Shown here: positions 26,232 through 32,000 of the stretch, piece after piece
Position numbering within the stretch: position 1 is the stretch's first letter
How the letters are laid out: each line of letters starts with the position of its first letter
Origin: Brasilonema sp. UFV-L1
GTDB taxonomy: Bacteria; Cyanobacteriota; Cyanobacteriia; Cyanobacteriales; Nostocaceae
DNA length: 32,000 bases
NCBI RefSeq assembly: GCF_012912105.1
Contig: NZ_QMEA01000013.1
Location: 39,894-71,893 of the forward strand
Direction of reading: 5' to 3'
Notes under the pieces: generated by a model
What the model saw: only the letters and a program-made list of their open reading frames with translations
Databases searched by the model: none
What the model was told of the DNA's origin: nothing
Made by a program: the position numbers and the translations under genes

Positions 26232-26275
26232 AAGGTTAAAAATATAGGTATACAAGGTTAATAAAAGGTTATCGT
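26232..26275 (-). promoter_or_regulatory. Candidate Pho-box array (PhoB/SphR binding), four 8-bp units at 11-bp spacing
   Basis: Plus strand reads AAGGTTAA-aaa-TATAGGTA-tac-AAGGTTAA-taa-AAGGTTAT, with units starting at 26232, 26243, 26254 and 26265. The reverse complement TTAACCTT fits the cyanobacterial Pho-box unit PyTTAAPyPy(T/A). It lies about 480 nt upstream of phoD. Confidence 0.4.
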
Positions 26276-26755
26276 CAAAAGTCTTAAACTCTTCATTTCA
26301 TTGCCTGAAATAGTCAAAAACTTTCTCAAGCCTTCTTGACTGCACGCTTGATGATTTACAAAAGTTCAAGCAAGAGTTGCTAAGTAATACTTAATCATTT
26401 TGGCATTGACGAATTGCTGTCAATCGAATTATTGTGAGTATCAAGTAATCTGATTCAATTTGAATGAAAATCCATTAATGATAGCTTAACGAGTTGTTAA
26501 TCTTATTCCAAGTATTACCAGACATCATAGTTTTTAAAAAATATGAATGCTTATTTTTCTTGTTTTCACTTTTAATTATATTTTGAAGTCCGACTCAATA
26601 AACTTTGTAGAATTGGGGGGCAAAGCCGCAACTTGTTTGAGATATTACCCCAAAAGATTTACGAAAATTTATTCGTGTCCTTCTCGTCTTTGCTGTAGTT
26701 CGTTGTTTGGTGTTTATTCAATTCCACATCGCAAATTTAACCAATTGTTAATTTT

Positions 26756-28351
26756 ATGAAATTTAATTTTCCACTCAAGCTAAACCGTCGCCAGTTCTTG
26801 CTGGGTTCAGCTATCACCAGTGGTGGGATTATTGCCACAAACTTTTTGTCAAAATCAACAGGTTTTGCTGAAGCACCTGGTATCATCACATCTGAGAAAG
26901 CACGTCCCACTATACCTTATGGAGTCGCAAGTGGTGATATCAATGGTAACAGAGCGGTTATTTGGAGTCGCAGCGATCGCCCGGCTCGAATGATTGTAGA
27001 ATATGCAAATGATGAATCTTTTCGTGGCGCACAGCGTATTGTTGGACCAAGTGCTTTAGAATCTAGCGACTATACAGCACGAATTTATCTCAAAAACTTA
27101 CCATCAGCTCAGCAAATATTTTACCGGGTGACTTTCCAGGATTTGTCTGATACAAAAATTTACAGTGCCCCTTTTGAAGGTACTTTCCGAACTTCTCCTG
27201 CATATCGACAAAATGTATTCTTTGCTTGGTCTGGGGATACTGCTGGTCAAGGATGGGGTATTAATCCTGACTTTGGTGGTATGAAGATTTACGAAACGAT
27301 CCGGAATCTCAAGCCAGACTTTTTCATCCACTCCGGTGACACCATTTATGCGGATGGTCCTATTCAATCGGAAGTCAAGCTAGATGATGGTAGTTTTTGG
27401 AAAAACATTACCACTCAAGAGAAATCAAAAGTTGCTGAAACTTTAGCAGAATTTCGTGGTAACTACATATATAACTTATTGGATGAAAACGTTCGTCGCT
27501 TTAATGCTGAGGTTCCCATACTAGCGCAATGGGACGACCACGAAGTCACAAACAACTGGTACCCAGGCGAGATACTCGACGATAGTCGCTACACAGTCAA
27601 GGACGTATCCTTGTTAGCACAACGCGGAAATCAAGCATTTTTAGAATACTTTCCTATTCGGATTGATGCTGATGATCCAACCAGGATTTACCGTTCTTTC
27701 AAGTATGGTCCTAATTTAGAAATTTTCATGTTAGATAAACGCAGTTATCGAGGACCAAACTCAGAGAATCGCCAGACAGAACAAAGTGCAGAAACAGCAT
27801 TTTTAGGCAGTTCACAAGTGCGTTGGTTGAAAAATCAACTGCGCAAATCAACAGCAACATGGAAAGTGATTGCAAGTGATATGCCTATTGGACTCGTTGT
27901 TCCAGATGGTAGCACGAATTTTGAAAACTTAGCTAACGGAGATGGTCCTGCCTTAGGACGAGAACTAGAACTTGCTGATGTACTACGTTTCATCAAACAA
28001 AACAATATCAGCAATGTTGTCTGGTTAACTGCAGATGTACATTACGCCGCAGCACACTATTACGATCCTAACAAAGCACAGTTTCAAGACTTCAAACCCT
28101 TCTGGGAATTTGTTGCAGGTCCTCTCAACTCTGGTACATTTGGACCAAACAAACTCGACAATACTTTTGGTCCAGAGGTGAAGTTCCTCAGCATACCTGA
28201 AGATCTCAAAGCAAATCGACCTCCAAGTGATGGTTTCCAATTCTTTGGTACTGTCAAAATTGACAGTTACACAGAAGTGATGACAGTCGCATTGATTAAC
28301 TTGGAAGGCAAAACTCTTTACAGTGTAGATTTACCGCCGGAAAAAAGGTAA
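26756..28351 (+). CDS. phoD: PhoD-family alkaline phosphatase/phosphodiesterase with Tat signal
   Basis: Twin-arginine signal NRRQFLLGSAITSGG. PhoD motifs YGVASGD, FIHSGDTIYADG, WDDHEVTNNW, WLTADVHY. Confidence 0.9.
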   Translation: MKFNFPLKLNRRQFLLGSAITSGGIIATNFLSKSTGFAEAPGIITSEKARPTIPYGVASGDINGNRAVIWSRSDRPARMIVEYANDESFRGAQRIVGPSALESSDYTARIYLKNLPSAQQIFYRVTFQDLSDTKIYSAPFEGTFRTSPAYRQNVFFAWSGDTAGQGWGINPDFGGMKIYETIRNLKPDFFIHSGDTIYADGPIQSEVKLDDGSFWKNITTQEKSKVAETLAEFRGNYIYNLLDENVRRFNAEVPILAQWDDHEVTNNWYPGEILDDSRYTVKDVSLLAQRGNQAFLEYFPIRIDADDPTRIYRSFKYGPNLEIFMLDKRSYRGPNSENRQTEQSAETAFLGSSQVRWLKNQLRKSTATWKVIASDMPIGLVVPDGSTNFENLANGDGPALGRELELADVLRFIKQNNISNVVWLTADVHYAAAHYYDPNKAQFQDFKPFWEFVAGPLNSGTFGPNKLDNTFGPEVKFLSIPEDLKANRPPSDGFQFFGTVKIDSYTEVMTVALINLEGKTLYSVDLPPEKR

Positions 28352-28380
28352 GAAACGCTTCGTCGTACCTCATTTTCTCG

Positions 28381-28481
28381 TTCCCAGTCTCTGACTGGGA
28401 ATGCCCGTAGAAAAGCTGCTCTGTCTATCTTACTCGCGGCGGGACCGCTAAAACCGCATTTCCAGGTAGAACCTGGAAATG
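28381..28481. repeat. Nostoc-type dispersed hairpin repeats (MITE-like) in the phoD 3' region
   Basis: Perfect hairpins TTCCCAGTC-tct-GACTGGGAA (28381-28401) and CATTTCCAGGT-aga-ACCTGGAAATG (28457-28481). A related CCCAGTCTC...GACTGG unit occurs at about 23500-23530. Confidence 0.5.
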
Positions 28482-28566
28482 AGATTTTAACGAACGGTAT
28501 GGCATGCAATTGCAAATTTATATCAAATGCATAGCAGCTTAGCAACGAGAAATTAGTATTTCTGTG

Positions 28567-29091
28567 CTAGCCACCCAGATACCGACTAGCCATACGCATG
28601 GCATCAGAAATATCAACATCGCCATCGCCGTCTGCATCAAGAAAAGAATTTAGGACTGGATTTCCCCCTGCTTGGGGATTTTGGGAATTTGCGCCAGATT
28701 TCAACAAATTTAGAACCAAAGGAACCAAAGTTGGTAGTAATTGTTGAATCATTCCTGCATCTAAACCTGTACGCTGTGCAACAGTATTAGCTACCTGCTG
28801 CTGCAAAAAAGGAGCGAAAAGAGAGTTAACAGCTTGAGGATTAGGGGAGGTATCGCCAAATTGATTGACTACCTCTTGCGCTGCTTGTGGACCTTCTGTT
28901 TCTCGTTTTTGTTGTAAAGCAGAACGCACATAGCCACCAACAATCCCCAAAGCCGATTGCATTGTGGATGGATCTGTACCAGTATTGTTACTTAACATCT
29001 GCACAGTGTTAAGGATATTGCCAATCTGACCGAGATTGCCTTGTTGACTAGGATTGCCAATTGCACCGATAATTTGGTCAAAAAGTCCCAT
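28567..29091 (-). CDS. DUF937-like protein with C-terminal DxDxDG calcium-binding-like motif
   Basis: MGLFDQIIGAIGNPSQQGNLGQIGNILNTVQ N-terminus, as in DUF937 proteins (from memory). The C-terminus carries DADGDGDVDISD. Confidence 0.65.
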   Translation of the reverse strand: MGLFDQIIGAIGNPSQQGNLGQIGNILNTVQMLSNNTGTDPSTMQSALGIVGGYVRSALQQKRETEGPQAAQEVVNQFGDTSPNPQAVNSLFAPFLQQQVANTVAQRTGLDAGMIQQLLPTLVPLVLNLLKSGANSQNPQAGGNPVLNSFLDADGDGDVDISDAMRMASRYLGG

Positions 29092-29311
29092 GAGCTTTTT
29101 CTCCCTGTTTACTCATGCCAACAAAACCAAATTTTGACACATCAGTGACAACTTGTTTCTAACTGTTTAGTAAAAATAAACTTTTTCTATCTCAAGAACG
29201 CTTCTTTAGTTATTGTGATCGGACTGCGATCACAATGGATGATATTGTCATTCCTATGTCACAATTGAGGAAAATATTATCAATCCTACAGCTAAACAAG
29301 CTCTTGCTTGC

Positions 29312-29461
29312 ATGCGAGTTTGCCAGATGTTATCCAATTTTCACCAAGACATACACCTATTTCGTTTTGATGCTGACACAGGAAATGTCTTTATTCTTGC
29401 TGGTGCAGATGATGATCTTCAAGTTGTTGTACCCCCAAATGGAGAATGGTATTTCCTATGA
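29312..29461 (+). CDS. Small conserved-looking ORF (DUF6888-like from memory); canonical start missing upstream, ATG 29312 is the first standard start
   Basis: The frame is open from 29243 and reads ..NPTAKQALACMRVCQMLSNFHQDIHLFRFDADTGNVFILAGADDDLQVVVPPNGEWYFL*. Its stop overlaps the next ORF's start in ATGA (29458-29461). It is absent from the ORF track because it is under 60 aa. Confidence 0.4.
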   Translation: MRVCQMLSNFHQDIHLFRFDADTGNVFILAGADDDLQVVVPPNGEWYFL

Positions 29462-29709
29462 AGCCGAACTTTGCACAAATGAGTAAAGCAGAACTCAAAG
29501 CTTACGTACTAGCAAACAGGGATGATATTGAGGCAATTCGTTTCTTATTTCAGATTCCATCAAATATGGAAGTGAAACGATACCCTTCAATGTATGATGA
29601 GAATGGTTTGCCCATTGAAGAAAACATCCGTCTTGCAGAAGAGGCAATCAAAAAGCGAGTAGAAGAGGTCAACAGGAACCGTCAGCAGAAGTCAGAACCG
29701 CAAGAGTAA
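29458..29709 (+). CDS. Small hypothetical protein (DUF6887-like from memory)
   Basis: MKPNFAQMSKAELKAYVLANRDDIEAIRFL... I prefer ATG 29458, coupled to the upstream ORF, over the track's 29446 start. Confidence 0.6.
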   Translation: MKPNFAQMSKAELKAYVLANRDDIEAIRFLFQIPSNMEVKRYPSMYDENGLPIEENIRLAEEAIKKRVEEVNRNRQQKSEPQE

Positions 29710-29861
29710 GTTTTTTCTGAAGAAGGCTGAGTAAGACTCCTTACGGAATGAGTTGAAAGCTATTTTGCTGAGAGTACTTTCTCAACACTTGCGCTGAAAA
29801 ACACTGAAACCATTAAGATGAGAAGCATCTGGGTACGTATCCACGCGCTGTTTTAACAACC

Positions 29862-31421
29862 ATGCCTCTGTCACGTATTATCACGCTGATTGTTGGTCTT
29901 ATCGTTATTTTAGGACTGAGCTTGTGGCTGATTGATGCTTTTAGTCGGCTTTACTGGCAATTCTCTTATTCTGCGCCATTGCTGGGTAATCTGCTGCTGT
30001 TTTTGCTGATTGTCCTTTTGGGAGCTTTAATTGCTGCGTTTGTCTATTATGTGTTTGTGATTCAAGCTGGTGAAAATCGTCAGCGCCAGCGCAGACAACG
30101 CCCAAGTGTAGAAATCCCTGCTGCTAAATCTGAGGCTGCGTCTTCTACTTTAGAAGCTGTCAAACAACAAGTTGCACAAATTCAAGATGAAGTTGCACGC
30201 CAAGCTTTACTCAGTCAGTCGCGGGAAATTGAGACTAATTTAGCTCGCGGCGAGATTCAAGTCGTTGTGTTTGGAACTGGAAGTGCTGGTAAAACTTCTC
30301 TGGTGAATGCGGTGATGGGACGTGTGGTGGGTAAAGTTGATGCAGCAATGGGAACAACTCAGGTTGGAGAAACTTATTGTTTGAGGTTGAAGGGATTAGA
30401 ACGCCAGATTTTAATTACGGATACACCAGGTATTTTAGAAGCAGGAGTCGCGGGAACTGAAAGAGAACAACTCGCACGAGAGGTGGCGACACAAGCAAAT
30501 TTACTTATTTTTGTGGTAGATAATGATATCCGACAGTCAGAATATGAGCCGTTACGGGCATTGGCTGAAATTGGAAAACGTTCGCTGCTTGTCTTTAATA
30601 AAAGCGATTTGTATACAGATGAAGACAAAGAAGCTATTCTGGCAAGGTTGCGTCAGCGAGTTCGGGGATTTATTGCACCAAGTGATGTGGTGGCGATCGC
30701 CGCAAATCCCCAATCTGTAGAACTAGAAAACGCGGGAACTTTCCAGCCTGAACCTGATATCTTACCCTTACTCCGGCGAATGGCAGCGATTTTACGAGCG
30801 GAGGGTGAAGATTTAGTCGCTGATAATATTCTCCTGCAATCTGTACGATTAGGCGAGCAAGCGCGGAAACTGATCGATACTCAGCGTCGCCGTCAAGCTG
30901 ACAAAATTGTAGATCGGTTTCAATGGATTGGTGCTGGTGTGGTTTCAGTAACACCTCTACCAGTCGTTGATTTGCTAGCAACAGCAGCTGTCAATGCTCA
31001 AATGGTGGTGGAAATTGGGAGAGTTTACGGCTGTGAATTGAATATGGATAACGCCAGAGAATTAGCACTGTCTTTGGCAAAGACTCTTGCTAGTTTGGGA
31101 ATCGTCAAGGGAGCGTTACAATTACTGACGACCGCCTTGCAGCTCAACGTTGCTACTTTTATTATAGGTAGAGCAATTCAAGGTGTAACAGCCGCTTACT
31201 TGACGCGAATTGCAGGCAAGAGTTTTATTGAGTATTTTCGTCATGATCAAGATTGGGGTGACGGAGGAATGACTGAAGTTGTACAGCGACAGTTTCAACT
31301 CAATCGCCGCGATGAGTTCATTAAGATTTTTATTCAGCAGGCGATCGCACGGGTGGTGCAGCCAATGCAAAGAAGTTCTGAGGTACAGGAAGAAAAACTT
31401 GACAAGAAATCTTTACAGTAA
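29862..31421 (+). CDS. Membrane-anchored GTPase with C-terminal DUF697 (YcjF-like) domain
   Basis: N-terminal hydrophobic helices. G1 FGTGSAGKTS, G3 DTPG, G4 NKSD. A C-terminal hydrophobic DUF697-like region (VSVTPLPVVDLLATAAVNAQMV). Confidence 0.85.
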   Translation: MPLSRIITLIVGLIVILGLSLWLIDAFSRLYWQFSYSAPLLGNLLLFLLIVLLGALIAAFVYYVFVIQAGENRQRQRRQRPSVEIPAAKSEAASSTLEAVKQQVAQIQDEVARQALLSQSREIETNLARGEIQVVVFGTGSAGKTSLVNAVMGRVVGKVDAAMGTTQVGETYCLRLKGLERQILITDTPGILEAGVAGTEREQLAREVATQANLLIFVVDNDIRQSEYEPLRALAEIGKRSLLVFNKSDLYTDEDKEAILARLRQRVRGFIAPSDVVAIAANPQSVELENAGTFQPEPDILPLLRRMAAILRAEGEDLVADNILLQSVRLGEQARKLIDTQRRRQADKIVDRFQWIGAGVVSVTPLPVVDLLATAAVNAQMVVEIGRVYGCELNMDNARELALSLAKTLASLGIVKGALQLLTTALQLNVATFIIGRAIQGVTAAYLTRIAGKSFIEYFRHDQDWGDGGMTEVVQRQFQLNRRDEFIKIFIQQAIARVVQPMQRSSEVQEEKLDKKSLQ

Positions 31422-31710
31422 CAATCCTGATTAAACCAGATACATTAACCGGCATACAAAGCAGACTAGTCATCTTGCGAGTGCTTAACGGCAGTGGTGA
31501 TATTCTATATTTTTACTTAACTCGTCTCCTAAATGTTACTATAGATACTAACTAATAGATCTTTTTAAGTAATTTTGTTTAGATATTGTGAACTTGCATT
31601 TTACAACTCAGCGCTTTATTCAGCGCTTATTTCATTTCATTTAAGAATGAATTCCGGAAACAGGAAGCAATGTTAGAAAACCTTATAAACAGTGACTAGG
31701 TAACTAGCGA

Positions 31711-32000
31711 ATGACTAACTACATGATCGGTAAAGTACTACAAGGACGTTACCAAGTCGTCCAAACCCTGGCTGCAGGGGTGTTTGGCGAAACATACGTT
31801 GCTGTAGACATTGAGAATCCAGAGAATCCCAAATGCGTTGTTAAACAGCTCAAGGTTATCAATTCCCAACCAAGCTACTTACAAACTCTGAGGTTAAGGT
31901 TTCTCACAGAAACTGAAACACTAAAGCAATTGGGACATCATAAGCAAATTCCTCAACTGATATCCTGCTTTGAAGAACATGAACGGTTCTATCTAGTACA
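31711..32000 (+). CDS. Ser/Thr protein kinase, N-terminal part (3' end outside window)
   Basis: ATG 31711. MTNYMIGKVLQGRYQVVQTLAAGVFGETYVAVD (Gly-rich loop), CVVKQL (catalytic Lys region), ETETLKQLGHH. It runs off the window, so it is not in the ORF track. Confidence 0.8.
   Translation, partial: MTNYMIGKVLQGRYQVVQTLAAGVFGETYVAVDIENPENPKCVVKQLKVINSQPSYLQTLRLRFLTETETLKQLGHHKQIPQLISCFEEHERFYLV

Noticed and set aside
25976-26759. ORFs 25976-26233 and 26547-26759
   Set aside because: The first is an alternative frame over the SDR gene's 3' end and the GC-rich palindrome. The second is an AT-rich, Cys/Leu/Phe-rich frame ending at the phoD start. Neither has coding features.
28318-28545. 75-aa minus-strand ORF downstream of phoD
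   Set aside because: It is a translation of the hairpin-repeat cluster (giving ..FPVRDWERENE..), a typical artefact of cyanobacterial dispersed repeats.
29235-29486. 83-aa ORF from the track
   Set aside because: A different frame across the same DNA gives a peptide with a conserved look and an ATGA-coupled stop. The track ORF is hydrophobic and low-complexity, and runs across the start of the next gene.

Overview
Cyanobacterial chromosome segment, probably from a filamentous Nostocales-type genome (inference). Support: 14 perfect HIP1 octamers GCGATCGC by eye, Nostoc-type dispersed hairpin repeats, and heterocyst-glycolipid/PUFA-synthase-like genes. Left half (1-16.7 kb, all + strand) is the 3' part of an iterative type I FAS/PKS 'secondary lipid' cluster. 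It holds the tail of a PfaA/HglE-like subunit (ACP, KR, PS-type DH), a 2113-aa KS-CLF-AT-DH(FabA) subunit, a PfaD-type enoyl reductase, a free-standing carrier protein, and a 631-aa protein with a TubC-type docking domain on a body I cannot assign. The PfaA-like gene is broken twice: by a frame change at an A9 run (462-470), and by a 2.6-kb insert (SDR gene + candidate omega-RNA + intact IscB) between the two halves of the KR domain. Right half is mostly housekeeping: TPR protein, ruvB, hisF, tRNA-Ala(GGC), a degenerate MBL-fold protein, panD, ppa, VOC protein, SDR, phoD with candidate Pho boxes, a DUF937-like protein, a small two-gene cassette, a DUF697 GTPase and the start of a Ser/Thr kinase. 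A second, divergent IscB + omega-RNA element lies between ppa and panD. Two things deserve a second look. (i) The two IscB/OMEGA elements have leader RNAs that covary, and one interrupts the synthase KR domain. (ii) The carrier protein plus docking-domain enzyme of unknown fold is a possible novel chain-release or tailoring module. I found no CRISPR array, rRNA or TnpA transposase. All coordinates of RNA and element boundaries are approximate and all homology statements come from reading motifs by eye, not from searches.
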